Below are positions 12,090 through 25,239 of a DNA stretch of 64,000 nucleotides, piece by piece. The notes under the pieces are model-generated. The model made no database searches, was not told where the DNA came from, and saw only the letters and a program-made list of their open reading frames with translations. Positions within the stretch are counted from its first letter, which is position 1, and every line of letters starts with the position of its first letter. Source of the stretch: Chiloscyllium plagiosum (taxonomy: Eukaryota); assembly GCF_004010195.1 (NCBI RefSeq), contig NC_057718.1, positions 69,262,748-69,326,747 on the forward strand, written 5' to 3'. Made by a program: the position numbers and the translations under genes.

Positions 12090-12998
12090 ATCAACACGAA
12101 GATTAGTGGAGTAGCAGAAAGCATAAGGGACTGTCAAAGAATACAGGAGAATATAAATAAACTGGAGAGTTGGGCGGATAAGTGGCAGATGGAGCTCAAT
12201 CCAGGCAAATGTGAGGTGATGCATTTTGGGAAGTCTAATTCTAGAATGAATTATACGGAAGAGCCTTGGGAAAAGTTGATGAGCAGAGAGATCTATGTGT
12301 TCAGTCCATTGTACCCTGAAAGTGGTTGTGCAGGTAGATAGAGTGGCCAAGAAGGCATAGGATATGCTTGCCTTCATCGGACAGGCTATTGAGTATAAGA
12401 GCTGGCAGGTCATGTTAAATTGTACATGACATTGGCTTGGCCACATTTAGAATACTGTGTACAATTCTGGTTGCCACATTACCAAAAGGATGTGGACTCT
12501 TTGGAGAGGGTGCAGAGAAGGTTTATGAGTATGTTGCCTGGTGTGGAAGGTGCTAGCTATGAAGAGAGGTTGAGTAGGTTCGGATTGTTTTCATTAGAAA
12601 AAAGGAGATTGAAGGGGAACCTGATTGAGGTCTACAAAATCATGAAAGGTATAGACAGGGTAGATAAAGATAAGCCTTTTCCCAGGGTGAGGGATTCAAT
12701 AACGAGAGGTCACATGTTCAAGGTGACAGGAGAAAAGTTTAATGGGGATACAAGTGGCAAGTACTTTACACGGAGGGTGGTAGGTGCCTGGAACGCATTG
12801 CCAGCAGAGGTGGTAGAGGCAGGCACGGTAGATTCATTTAAGATGCGTCTGGATAGACGAATGAGTAGCTGGGGAGCAGAGGGATACAAATGCTTAGGAA
12901 TTGGGCAATATGTTGAGACAGTGGATTTGGATCTGCACAGGTGTGGAGGGCTGAAGGGCCTGTTCCTGGGCTGTAAATTTTCTTTGTTCTTTGTTCTA
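12090..12998 (+). mobile_element. CR1 LINE 3' fragment
   Basis: ORF 12420..13022 PHLEYCVQFW..LERVQRRF..GLFSLEKRRL; (TTCTTTG)n-like tail. Confidence 0.9.
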
Positions 12999-13119
12999 AT
13001 AATTTCTCTGAAACCAACATAAGTAATCTCAGACTCTAATACTCTTATCCACCTATCAAAATTATTTTGTTTAACTCTTTCAAATACAGTATAAATTTGA
13101 CTGAGAATACAATAGTTCA

Positions 13120-13290
13120 AGTAGTTTAGATGGATCAGTTTTTGTTCAATGTGTGCAGGAGGGTTTTCTGACACAGTATTTAGACAGGCCAACAAGGGGC
13201 TATACCATATTGGATTTGGTGCTGGGTAATGAACCCAGCCAGGTATTAGATTTGGAGATACATGAGTACTTTGGTGATAGTGACCACAGC
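13120..13290 (+). mobile_element. CR1 endonuclease fragment
   Basis: CVQEGFLTQY..RPTRG..ILDLVLGNEP..FGDSDH; homologous to 14265-14480. Confidence 0.75.
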
Positions 13291-13476
13291 TGAAAATGTG
13301 TTGCTGGAAAATCGCAGCAGGTCAGGCAGCATCCAAGGAGCAGGAGAATTGATGTTTTGGGTATGAGCCCTTCTTCAGGAATGATTCCTAAAGAAGGGCT
13401 CATGCCCGAAACGTTCGATTCTCCTGCTCCTTGGATGCTGCCTGACCTGCTGTGCTTTTCCAGCAACATATTTTTC
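13291..13476. mobile_element. Inverted pair of Penelope pLTR fragments (foldback) with two hammerhead-like motifs
   Basis: 13291-13380 is the reverse complement of 13386-13476. Confidence 0.85.
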
Positions 13477-14264
13477 ATAACTTTAACAAGTAAAGTTAAA
13501 CGAAAAGAGTAATCAAATTAATGTCAATGTTTTAAACCCATACATTTTGTTCTTAACCCTCATTCACAAAAAAGACAAGGAAATAAACAGTTAAAGGATA
13601 AACAAAAGTAAACAAAGAAAAACTAGCCAAATTATTTAAATGGTTTTCAGAATGTGTTGTTTCACAGGCAGGGGCTCCTTGGTTGCTTTTCTGCAGATGT
13701 CGATTAGATTCCCATTTTCAATTCATTCAGGTCGAGTTTATTATACTTCTAACTCAGCTTTCTACTCTCTGGGCTTCCAAAAGTTGGAAGGGAGGTTAGG
13801 GAGGGAGGGAGGGAGTTTTCAAAATCTTCATGCCTTGCCATCAGCAGCCAAAGTTCCTCTCCCCAGAAAACACGGTTCAAACTCCAATCTGGTCCTTCCT
13901 GACCTTCTTTCCCTAAGACTTCAATTACATTCAACATTTGCCATTTGCTTGAATACGGTGTCTCTCAAACTTGCTGGAATCAGTTGCCTGCTACTGACTT
14001 CATTAATAGCCAACTTTTGTTTAAACACAATCCCCCTCCTGGTGTAAATAATATATGTACACAGATAGTGGACATGCACACCAATGTTCCTTGGTGTTTC
14101 CCAAGGTCCTATCATACATCATTCCTATTTGTCCTGCCCAGGTTCATTATTTAACTTTTATCTAAACCATTTGCTACTGATCAGCCAATCCATATCCTCT
14201 TGGACTCTAAGGCTGTCCTCCTCACTATTTCCTCCATCAATCTTTGTACTATCTGTGAACTTGT

Positions 14265-14553
14265 AGAAGAAAGGATTGCGAGGATGATTCAAGAGAAGAG
14301 TGAAAGTAATAGGGTGGTTGTTATGGGGGACTTTAACTTTCCAGATTTTGATTGGGAAAGCTATAGCTCAAGTTCGTTAGATGGGTCGGTGTTTGTCCAA
14401 TGTGTGCAGGAGGGTTTCCTGACACAATATGTAGACAGGCCAACAAGAGGTGAGGCCATACTGGATTTGGTTCTGGGTAACGAACCAAATCCAGTATGGC
14501 CTCACCCCTTGTTGGCCTGTCTACATATTGTGTCAGGAAACCCTCCTGCACAC
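14265..14553 (+). mobile_element. CR1 endonuclease fragment ending in a 73-bp near-perfect hairpin
   Basis: ORF 14200..14586 VVMGDFNFPD..; arms 14401-14473 and 14481-14553 with one mismatch. Confidence 0.85.
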
Positions 14554-14569
14554 AATATCGCAACTTTTT

Positions 14570-15130
14570 TGCTGGAGGGAGGATGAAGCAACTAACAATA
14601 GCTGCATTTAGAAAACTAAGATGAGGAACCCCTGCAATGATGTGCTGAAGCTGAGATGATTGACCTCCACAAACATAGACATTTTCTTTTGTGCTCGGCA
14701 TGACTCTAATCAGAAGAGAGTTTCAACTCTGATTCCCATGGACCCAGCCAAATGTTGCTAAATGTCAAGGGCGATCACTGTCACTTCATCTCTTGAGTTC
14801 AAATCTTTCACACATATTTGGAATGAGGTCAGGAGATGACTGATTGTGTCAGAACTCAAACTGAGCTTCAGTTAACAGGTAATTACATAGAAAGCGTTGC
14901 TTGATATCACTGTCGATGAACCCTTTCATTTTACTCATGAATGAGACAAGATTGATGAAGGAATAATTGATTGGTTTGGATTTGCCTTACTTTTTATCAA
15001 TAAGACATACCTGAACAATTTTTTACGTTGTCAAATAAATGCTAGCTGGAACAGCTTGGTTAGGAGCATGACTAATTCTTCAGCTCAACTCTTCACTACT
15101 AATGCCAGGAAGTTGTCAGGACCTGTAGAC
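14570..15130 (-). mobile_element. Old L2/CR1-group RT fragment
   Basis: Minus strand EVTVIALDI* resembles the RT 'ALDIKAAFD' motif; heavily decayed. Confidence 0.5.
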
Positions 15131-16077
15131 TTTGATTACCCAATTCCATTTTAATGTTATTATTCAATCTGCTTCCACTAGCCTTTCAGGTAATGCATTC
15201 CAGATCATGATGATCTGCTATGTTTAAAGAGAAACGAATCCTCACATTGCCTTTGATTCTTTTGTCTTTTGCTTCCTAGAAGTAGGAGCATATGATCTTT
15301 CTGGTTTATCTCAAATAATCAGCCTTCATTTGCAAACCTGGGTATTAGGTCTTACTGGTCATTTCAGTTGCTACTGGAGAGGTAGTTATAAATGGAGACA
15401 GCGCTTCTCCACATGTAACTGCATAGATGCACATTTGGCAAGATGTGCGCTTTATTTTTTACAAATCCAATAGGTGTCTCAAGTAGTGGTCATACTCTAT
15501 ACTAGTTGAACACAATGGGACTTGCTGATCAGATTTCATTCAATCCTAGTTTCCATTTGTTGGCTATTTGCCTTGAATTCAGGAACACTCATTCCCGTTT
15601 ACGTTCCCTTTTCCTATAGATCAATGATGACGCGCTTTAGCCAATATAGATAAGATCAACTAACTCAGCATGAGCAAAACCTGGGTTCAAAAACAAAAAT
15701 AGAGATTGCAGGAAAAGCTCAGTCAACCTCGTAGCATCTGTGGAGAGAAATTAGAGTTAACATTTCGGGTTGAGTGACCCTGACTCAGAACACCAGGTTG
15801 TTCCCTCCGAGCATGGTATGGTACAGTGCCAGTTGGTATTCTCATCCTCTGCCTTGTCATGGGAGGTATTTTAAACATCTTGTCCCAGTCACTAGAGAGC
15901 ATTTTATAAAGTATTGGAAAAGTTGGCACCCTATCATGCAGAGTTACAAATAACAGTGATACCGGACCCTGGGAAATCTGTGGACTGCGACCTGCCTAGT
16001 CACTCGGCTGAAGAAGACAAAGATAGTAGTGAAAGGTATTAATAGGAAAAATATCTATTGTACACTCCCTCCCCACC

Positions 16078-16918
16078 CCATTTTTATAAGTGACCTGGAG
16101 GAGGGGTTAGAAGGTTGGGTGAGCAATTTTGCGGATGATACGAAAGTCGGAGGTGTTGTAGACAGTGAGGAAGGATGTGTCAGGTTACAGCGGGATATAG
16201 ATAAGCTGCAGAACTGGGCAGAAAGGTGGCAAATGGAGTTCAATGTAGCTAAGTGTGAGGTGATTCACTTTGGTAAGAGTAATAAAAAGATGGGGTACTG
16301 GGCTAACGGTCGGATACTTGGTAGTGTGGATGAGCAGAGGGATCTTGGTGTCCATGTACACAGATCTTTGAAAGTTGCCACCCAGGTAAATAGTGCGGTG
16401 AAGAAGGCATATGGCGTACTGGCTTTTATTGGTAGAGGAATTAAGTTCCGGAGTACTGAGGTCATGTTGCAGTTGTATAAGACTCTGGTGCGGCTGCATC
16501 TGGAGTATTGTGTGCAGTTTTGGTCGCCATACTATAGGGTTGTTTTCATTGGAGAAAAGAAGGTTTAGGGGTGACTTGATAGAGGTGTACAAGATGATTA
16601 GGGGTTTAGATAGGGTTGACAGTGAGAATCTTTTTCCACGTATGGAGTCAGCTATTACAAGGGGGCATAGCTTTAAATTAAGTGGGGGTACATATAGGAC
16701 AGATGTTAGGGGTAGGTTCTTTACTCAGCGAGTCGTGAGTTCATGGAATGTCCTGCCAGTAGCAGTGGTGGACTCTCCCTCATTATGGGCATTTAAGCGG
16801 GCATTGGATAGGCATATGGAGGATAGTGGGCTAGTGTAGGTTAGGTGGGCTTGGATCGGCGCAACATCGAGGGCCGAAGGGCCTGTACTGCGCTGTATTC
16901 TTCTATGTTCTATGTTCT
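16078..16918 (+). mobile_element. Young CR1 3' fragment with internal deletion, inserted in an older minus-strand CR1 (to about 17300)
   Basis: ORFs 16029..16568 (FADDTK RT motif) and 16411..16839; (TTCTATG)n tail. Confidence 0.9.
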
Positions 16919-17744
16919 AACTTACTGATCAATCCTCCTACATTCAAGTCTAAATCACTTATTTAAACCACAAATAGCAAGGGCCCTGTGGGATACCACT
17001 GGACATAGTTTTTCAGTCAGAGACACATGCCTCAACAATTGCCCTCAGCTTCCTGCTATTCTGCTAATTGTGCATCTAGTTTGTCAAATTTTTGAAAGGA
17101 TCCCATTGTCTCTTACCTTCGCTGTCAAATCTCCCATCTGGACCTTATCAAAAAGCTTACTGAAGTCCAAGTAGACTACATCAAAAGCATTGCCCTCATT
17201 TACACACCATGTCACCTCTTTAAAAGATTAAATCAAGTTGGTCAGATATGAGCTTTCCTAAGCAAAACTATGTTGACTGTTCTTGATTAATTCCTGCCCC
17301 CTCAAAGAGATGAGGGCAATGACTTCATTTGTTAAACACGAGGCAATGATTGAGAACTGCAAAACATGGACTCCCTAAAATTTTGGTCACAGATCATTGT
17401 TTACCAACAGAGAATCGAATATTTCCTAAAGTTGAATGGTATTCAATATATAGGGACAACTTCATACCATCCATCATCCAACGGCCTGGCAGAACGTGCA
17501 AAAGTTTGAAGGCAGCCTTAAAAAAACAGCCCTCAGCTTCATTAGATACCAATCTGCCCCAGTTTCTATTTGGGGACCACCCTCATGCAACTTCAGGGAT
17601 AGCTCCAGCAGAATTGTTAATGGGGAGAATCTGGTTAAATCTTACTTTCCAGCACCTGGGAGGGGTGGGCAGTGAACAGTATTCGGAACCCTCATACTGG
17701 ATACAAGACTCCACTAAGTGAGTCAGACAGTTTACTTCAAGAGA

Positions 17745-17870
17745 TGATTTGGAGGTGCCAATGTTGGACTGGGGTGGACAAAGTTAAAAAGCACACAACA
17801 CTAGGTTATAGTCCAACAAGTTTATTTGGAGGTACTAGCTTTCGAATGATTGCTTCTTTATCAGGTGGTT
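17745..17870 (-). mobile_element. Penelope-like pLTR insert (same family as 782-878)
   Basis: Reverse-complement similarity to 786-878. Confidence 0.7.
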
Positions 17871-18357
17871 CAGGGGGCAAAGTTTGGTGTAGAAACCACA
17901 AGAATGATCCTGCATGGGTAAGACACATGGTTGGTGTGAGATCAGATCCAGTGATATATAAAGTTCGAGTCGGTGTAATGGTTCTGAACAAGCACATAGA
18001 CCTGGTAGCTGAAAACTAGCAAATGAGGTGGGAGCAAAATGTGCCCGGCTCTTCTGAACAATTGGAAAGGCTTCAGAACCCGCAGGTTCTCCATTTCTGC
18101 CAAGCATTGAAGAGACATTGGAATCTAAGACAGAAACAGCAGATTTCACCACCTGGATGCCTTTGCTGCCTGAAGAAGAGATGAATTTCTTCTGAGATGC
18201 TCCAGATACTAAAAGTGAGCACTGAAGCAAAGTCAAAAGAATCTGAAATGCTCCAGGAGGAGTTACAAAAAAAAAAGAACTGGCCTATGTCCTCAGATTC
18301 AGAGGGTGAGAGATTGTCATGAGGTCAGCCAGGTGGACCTCAGAACCAAGTGTGTGT

Positions 18358-18575
18358 TGGTGAGTTTTGAGATTTGTAGCTCAGGTTAAGGGACTGAATG
18401 TAGGTTTGCTTGCTGAGCTGGGAGGTTCATTTTCAGAAGTTTCATCGCCATACTAGGTAACATCTTCAGTGAGCCTTCGGAAAGATTCATCCGGAGGGTC
18501 ACTGAAGATATTACCTAATATGGTGACGGAACGTCTGAAAATGAACCTTCCAGCTCAGCGAGCAAATCTACATCC
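18358..18575. mobile_element. Penelope-like foldback insert with two hammerhead motifs; TSD ACCAA(G/A)TGTGTGT
   Basis: TSD 18345-18357/18576-18588; TCA-CTGAAGA..stem..G(G/A)AACGTC-TGA on both strands (18499-18538 plus; about 18433-18472 minus). Confidence 0.75.
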
Positions 18576-18589
18576 ACCAAATGTGTGTG

Positions 18590-18805
18590 TCACCATAGTC
18601 TTACCAGACTGTAGGGGCTGCTCTCTCATTTTGAGAGAAGTGACTGCTGGTGATTTAACCTGAGCGCCACCAGACCTCAGGCAAGGGAAGAGGTTGAGAA
18701 GGAGAGTCCTTCATGGTAACCTCAAACCAGTGAAGGGAATTGAACTCATGCTGTTGATATCACACTACTCTGTAAACCAACAATCCAGCCAACTGAGCTA
18801 AATCA
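18590..18805 (-). mobile_element. tRNA-derived SINE (non-HE1 family)
   Basis: Head TAGCTCAGTTGG..GAGTTCAATTCC; homologous to 27361-27575. Confidence 0.7.
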
Positions 18806-18999
18806 ATTCCCCCACGGCCAAGTGCTGTTAATCTGGTCCAATCAGGGAGCCCTGGCTGACAGATAAAAACAGGAGTGTCAGGCATCCCGTCACCCTGACA
18901 GTTGGTTCTGATGGAGCTGGATCAATGTCAAGGACTTGCCATGTGAATAAAGTGTGACTTGGTGACTGGATACGAGCCTCTGTGGAGTTATTTCACCCT

Positions 19000-20305
19000 C
19001 AGAAGTGATTTTGTCACTTCAAAAAATTTAAATAAGTTTCTGTGACACAAACTTCCCTGCACAAAGTCATGCTACCTATTGCTTATTAATCCATATTTTT
19101 TCAATTGCGTGTAAACCCTATCTATAAGGATCTTTTTCAATAATTTTCCTAACACTGAAGTAAGGCTTATGATGTATAAATTGTGAATTATTCCTGTTAC
19201 AATTCTTAAAGGAAAAACATTGGCTACTCTCCAGTCATCTGGGACCTTTTCTGTAACCAAAGAGGATACAATGATTTCATTCAAGGCTCCAGCAACTTCC
19301 TTACCTGCCTCCCTCAGGATTCTCCAATAGATCTCATCAGAACCTGTGAACTTGTCTACTTTAATGCATTTTAAAACAACCAACACCCCCTCCTTTTTTA
19401 TATTGATGTGCCCCAGAATACCAGCATACCCCTCCCGAGACTCATCATCCACCGTGTCCTTCTTCTTTGTGAATACCAATGCATTTATTAAGGATTTTAC
19501 CCATTTCCTCCAGCTCCATGCATAAATTCCCTCTTTTTTCCTTGAATGAACTTACCCTTTCTCTAGCTATCCTCTTGCTTCTTATATATGTATAAAGATT
19601 AAGGACTTTGCTTAATCCTGTTTAGTAAAGACATTTCATGGCTCCTTTTAGCCCTTCTAATGCTTTTTTTGAGTTCTTTCCTGCTATATTTGTATTCTTT
19701 GAGAGCTCTGTCTGTCTTCAGTTTCCTAAACCCTATGAGTGCCTCCTTTTTCCTTCTGACTAAACTCTCAATTTCTCTTTTCATCCTAGGTTCCTGAATC
19801 TTACCATCTGTATCTTTCATTTTCACATGAACATGCTGGCCCTGAATTCTAATCAACTGGCCTTTAAAAGATTTCCACATGCCAGGTATGGATTTACACA
19901 CAACCCTAGTCTGTATTCCTCAGTTCATGTCTCATATTGTTGTAGTTAATCTTTCCAAAATTTTGTATTTCCACTGGACTTCTACTCTTATCCTAATCCT
20001 TAAGTAACTTAAAACATAAAAAATTATGGTCACTGTTCTTGAAATGGTCCACAACTGAAACTTGGATCACATGACTAGGCTCCTATCACAACACCAGGTC
20101 TAGTATTGTCTCTTCCCAAGTTGGACTATTTACGTACTGTTACAAAAATCTATTCCATACACACCAAACAAATCCGCTGGCTGTTGGGTAGCCTGTAGTA
20201 AAATCCCATCAAAGTGATTGCACTCTTCTTATCCTGAGCTCTACCCATATAGACACACTGGTTGAGCCCTCCAAGGTGTCCTCCCTCGGGAGAGCTGTGA
20301 TTTTT
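19000..20305 (-). mobile_element. Old CR1 ORF2 fragment (continues at about 23590-23760)
   Basis: ORFs 19072..19479 (VPDDWRVANVFP) and 19599..19901. Confidence 0.8.
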
Positions 20306-20307
20306 TT

Positions 20308-23300
20308 CATAGAACATAGAACATTACAGCGCAGTACAGGCCCTTCGGCCCTCGATGTTGCGTTGATCTGTCAGACCAATCTGAAGCCCATCTAACCTAC
20401 ACAATTCCATGTACGTCCATATGCTTGTCCAATGACAACTTAAATGTACTTAAAGTTGGCAAATCTACTGCCGTTGCAGGCAAAGCATTCCATACCCTTA
20501 CTACTCTCTGAGTAAAGAAACTACCTCTGTCCTATATCTATCACCCCTCAATTTAAAGCTATGCCCCCTCGTGCTCACTGTCACCATTCTTGGAAAAAGG
20601 CTCTCCCTGTCCACCCTATCTAACCCTCTGATTATCTTATATGTCTCTATTAAGTCACCTCTCAACCTTCTTCTCTCGAACGAAAACAGCCTCAAGTCCC
20701 TCAGCCTTTCCTCGTAAGACCTTCTCTCCATACCAGGCAACATCCCAGTAAATCTCCTCTGCACCCTTTCCAAAGCTTCCACATCCTTCTTATAATGCTG
20801 TGACCACAACTGTACACAATACTCCACATGTGGCCGCACCAGAGTTTTGTACAGCTGTAGCATAACCTCATGGTTCCGGAACTCAATCCCTCTACTGTTT
20901 GCCTTCTTAACAACCCTGTCAACCTGGGTGGCAACTTTCAAGGATCTGTGTACCTGGACACCGAGATCTCTCTGCTCATCTACACTACCAAGAATCTTAC
21001 CATTAGCCCAGTACTTTGCAATCCAGTTACTCCGACCAAAGTGAATACCTCACACTTGTCCACGTTAAACTCAATTTGCCACCTCTCAGCCCAGCTCTGC
21101 AGCTTATCTATGTCTCTCTATAACCTACAACATCCTTCATCACTATCCACAACTCCACTGACCTTAATGTCGTCTGCAAATTTACTAACCCACCCTTCTA
21201 TGCCCTCACCCAGGTCGTTTATAAAAATGACGAACGGCAATGGACCCAACACCAACCTTGTGGTACACCACTGGTAACTGGACTCCAGGATGAACATTTC
21301 CCATCAAACACCACATTCTGTCTTCTTTCAGCAAGCGAATTACTGATCCAAACTGCTATATCTCAAACAATCCCATTCCTCTGCATTTTGTACAATAGCC
21401 TACTGTGGGGAGCCTTATCGAACGCCTTGCTGAAATCCATATACACCACATCAACTGGTTTACTCTCATCTACCTGTCTGGTCACCTTCTCAAAGAACTT
21501 AATAAGGTTTGTGAGGCATGACCTACCCTTCACAAAACCGTGCTGACTACCCCTAACCAAATTATTCTTTTCTGGATGATTATAAATCCTATCTCTTCAA
21601 ACCTTTTCCAACACTTTACCAACAACTGAAGTAAGGCCCACTGGTCTATAATTACCAGGATTGTCTCTACTCCTCTTCTTGAACAGGGAAACCACATTTG
21701 CTATCCTCCAATCTTCTGGCACTATTCCTGTAGACAATGACGATTTAAAGTTCAATGCCAAAGGTTCGGCAATCTCCTCCCTGGCTTCCCAGAGGATCCT
21801 AGGATAAATCCCATCCAGCCCAGGGGACTTATCTATTTTCACACTCTGCAAGATTTCTAATACCTCTTCCTTGTGAACCTCAATCACACCGAGTCTAGTA
21901 GACTGTATCTCAATAATCCCCTTGACAACATTGTCATTTTCTAGAGTGAATACTGTTGAAAAATATTCATTTAGTGCTTCCCCTATCTCCTCTGACTCCA
22001 CACACGACTTCCCACTACTCTCCTTGATTGGCTCTAATCTTACTCTTGTCATTCTTTTATTCCTGAAATAACTATAGAAAGCCTTAGGGTTTACCCTGAT
22101 CCTATCTGCCAACAACTTCTCATTTCTCCTCCTGGCTCTTCTNNNNNNNNNNNNNNNNNNNNNNNNNNNNNNNNNNNNNNNNNNNNNNNNNNNNNNNNNN
22201 NNNNNNNNNNNNNNNNNNNNNNNNNNNNNNNNNNNNNNNNNNNNNNNNNNNNNNNNNNNNNNNNNNNNNNNNNNNNNNNNNNNNNNNNNNNNNNNNNNNN
22301 NNNNNNNNNNNNNNNNNNNNNNNNNNNNNNNNNNNNNNNNNNNNNNNNNNNNNNNNNNNNNNNNNNNNNNNNNNNNNNNNNNNNNNNNNNNNNNNNNNNN
22401 NNNNNNNNNNNNNNNNNNNNNNNNNNNNNNNNNNNNNNNNNNNNNNNNNNNNNNNNNNNNNNNNNNNNNNNNNNNNNNNNNNNNNNNNNNNNNNNNNNNN
22501 NNNNNNNNNNNNNNNNNNNNNNNNNNNNNNNNNNNNNNNNNNNNNNNNNNNNNNNNNNNNNNNNNNNNNNNNNNNNNNNNNNNNNNNNNNNNNNNNNNNN
22601 NNNNNNNNNNNNNNNNNNNNNNNNNNNNNNNNNNNNNNNNNNNNNNNNNNNNNNNNNNNNNNNNNNNNNNNNNNNNNNNNNNNNNNNNNNNNNNNNNNNN
22701 NNNNNNNNNNNNNNNNNNNNNNNNNNNNNNNNNNNNNNNNNNNNNNNNNNNNNNNNNNNNNNNNNNNNNNNNNNNNNNNNNNNNNNNNNNNNNNNNNNNN
22801 NNNTGAAGTAGACACACTTCAAACCAACTTCTTGCTTGCTGGTGCCATCTTGCATCCTTGAAACTTGATTTCGGACCTCCCTACTTTCAACCTTTTCTAT
22901 ACTCGAACTACAACTTTGGTTCCCATACCCCTGCTGGATTAGTTTAAATCCACCCCAATAGCCTTAGTGAACTCCCCCCCCCACCTCCAGGACACTGGTA
23001 GCCCTCTTGTTCAGATGAAAACCATCCTGCTTGTCGAGGTCCCACCTACCCCAGAAAAAAACCCCAATTATCCAAGAATCCAAAACCCTCCCTCCTGCAC
23101 CATCCCTGTAGCCACGTGTTCAACTCCTCGCTCTCCCTATTCCTTGCCTCACTAGCATGTGGCACGGACAACAAACCAGAGACAACAACTCTGTTCGTCT
23201 TAGCTCTAAGCTTCCATCCTAGCTCCCTGAATTTCTGCCTTAAATCCCCATCTCTCTTCCTACATATGTCGTTGGTGTCTATGTGGACCATGACTTGGAG

Positions 23301-23550
23301 CTGCTCCCCCTTCCCCTTAAGGATCCCAAAAACATGATCAGAGACATCATGAACCCTGGCACCTGAGAGGGAACACACCAACCGTGAGTCTCTCTTGTCC
23401 CCACAGAACCTCCTATCTGTCCACCTAACAATGGAATCCCCAATGACTACTGCTCTGCTCCTTTTCCCTCTTCCCTTCTGAGCAGCAGGGACAGACTCTG
23501 TGCCAGAGCCCTGTGCCCCACTGCTTTCCCCTGGTAAGTCATCCTCATCA
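20308..23550 (-). mobile_element. Near full-length CR1 LINE (ORF1 SGNH esterase + ORF2 EN/RT, decayed)
   Basis: ORF1 AVVIGDSIVR..GARVHDV..VMVHIDTND; ORF2 [24 protein letters not shown]; (TTCTATG)n tail at 20308-20325. Confidence 0.92.
22143..22803. other. Assembly gap (N)
   Basis: Run of N. Confidence 1.
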
Positions 23551-23799
23551 GTAAAGCAACTTCCCCGCCTCATTTCCATACCTCTGTATCACACCTGAAA
23601 TATCTAAATTCTGGAGTGTAAAGCCAGTCTTGGCCTAACCAAGTCTCTGTAATAGCTACAACATGACAGTTATATGTATTAATCCAAGCTCTAAATTAAT
23701 CTGGTTTACCTGTCATACTCCTCCCATTAAAACAAACACACTTCAGAAGGCCAGTCCCACCATGTTCAGTAACCACCCTGTCTGTTAGTTCTCTTAGTT

Positions 23800-24700
23800 T
23801 TATTTAGAGGGAGTGATTTAAAAAGAAACTTTCTCTGAACATCTTGTTTTGAACATAGATAGTCTCTAGTTTAACGCCCACATCCACTTGTCAAAATTAC
23901 TTTGCTTTACTCTCTGAAATTCTATACACGTCTCTCTAAATTTCTGAATGTAAGATTTATAGATAACACTTATACGCCAAAAGTAGAATGTTTTCCACCT
24001 CATTACCTATAGAACCCACCCCAGAAAGCAAGCATAAATTTCAGGAGCTCTGCCTGTCAACCTGCATTGCATGAGCCATGTTTAGTTTTCATTCAGCTCT
24101 ATAGCTAACCACTGTCCCTTTCATAAAAGTTTGTGAGGGCACACACAAATTTTAATCTTCCCCACTCATCTTGGTCTGGACTCAGCTCCCTCTTCATATC
24201 CCAATGGTACCTAGAATCAGTAATCTGTCATTTAAAAAAAAAATCAGTTGTTTCTATTTCTATCTCCCATTTATTTGCACGAAACATGTTTTCCCTTGCC
24301 ATTTCCTCTCTGTTCAGTATTCTTTCTTTTTTTTGTTCTTTTTGGCACTTCTCCTTGATGTTCAAGACCTTTAATTTTCATTTCTTTTTCAATATATAAC
24401 CAGCACCCTCTGCAATTTAATTTTAATCATTTAATTGACTCATCATCTCGTTTGATTTGCTGTTCTTCCGATCTCATGGACTTGCATGCATAGTCATGTC
24501 AACACTTATGCGTGGATACCTTTGGGGTAACATGGATTCTTTCAATCACTCTTACAAAAGTACCATCAGTTTTCACTCTGAAATTCACCACACAGCTGTT
24601 TCATAAACAGGAGATATTAGTTGAGCAAGTTTTACTTATTAGGCTATCCCCCCAACAAATTCCAAGCCCGCAAACACTATTCAAACAGAACTGCCATAAC
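23800..24700 (-). mobile_element. Decayed Gypsy (Gmr1/SCAN-like) gag remnant
   Basis: Minus strand MQCRLTGRAPEIYAC resembles gag 'LTGRAQEVYA'; preceded by a purine-rich K/E coiled-coil-like stretch. Confidence 0.45.
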
Positions 24701-25239
24701 AACCAGTCATAAAATAAGCATTTTTCCTGAAGTGATTTCAAACAATCAAGAGCACCAATTACTTGACTTCCCAGAAACCTTATTTAAAGACAAAGTTCCA
24801 ATGTCTGTCATTGACCTTTAAAAATAATCATTCAAACTCAAGTTCTCAAATAAGTATGAATTAATATTTTGCCTGTTATTTGTATGGTGCAAATGTTATC
24901 TGCCATATATCAGCTCAGTTGTGGAGGGTATTTGGGACAAGGACACCACCATTTTGAGCTTTAGGGCTCGGGTAGTGCAGTGTAGGTGTCCTTACCTCTG
25001 GAACAAGAGGTCTATTTAAGTCCCAATAGCTCCAGTAATGATCCAGCCTTACCATCTCTAACCAGGTTGAACTAAAGAACTCCTGTGGCAATGTCCTGCT
25101 GCTCAAATAATTGACTTTCAACAATCACAATCATCTTGTTTTGAACCAAGATTGACTCCAACCAGTACAGATATTTTCTCTTGATTTCCATTAAGATAAC
25201 TGTTGTTAGGATTCCTTAAAGCCACACTCAATCAAATGA

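Larger units (their letters stand above)
17310..18995 (+). mobile_element. Gypsy (Mag-like) integrase remnant + PPT + 3' LTR (18315-18995) with nested inserts
   Basis: HGLPKILVTD..PHATSGIAPAELLMGR and VWCRNH..W..G...DPVIYKV; purine tract AGAGGGTGAGAGA before TGTCATGA; AATAAA at about 18945; ends TTATTTCA. Confidence 0.75.

Noticed and set aside
13480..14120. Possible minus-strand solo LTR
   Set aside because: Only one plausible terminus; no TSD or second end found.
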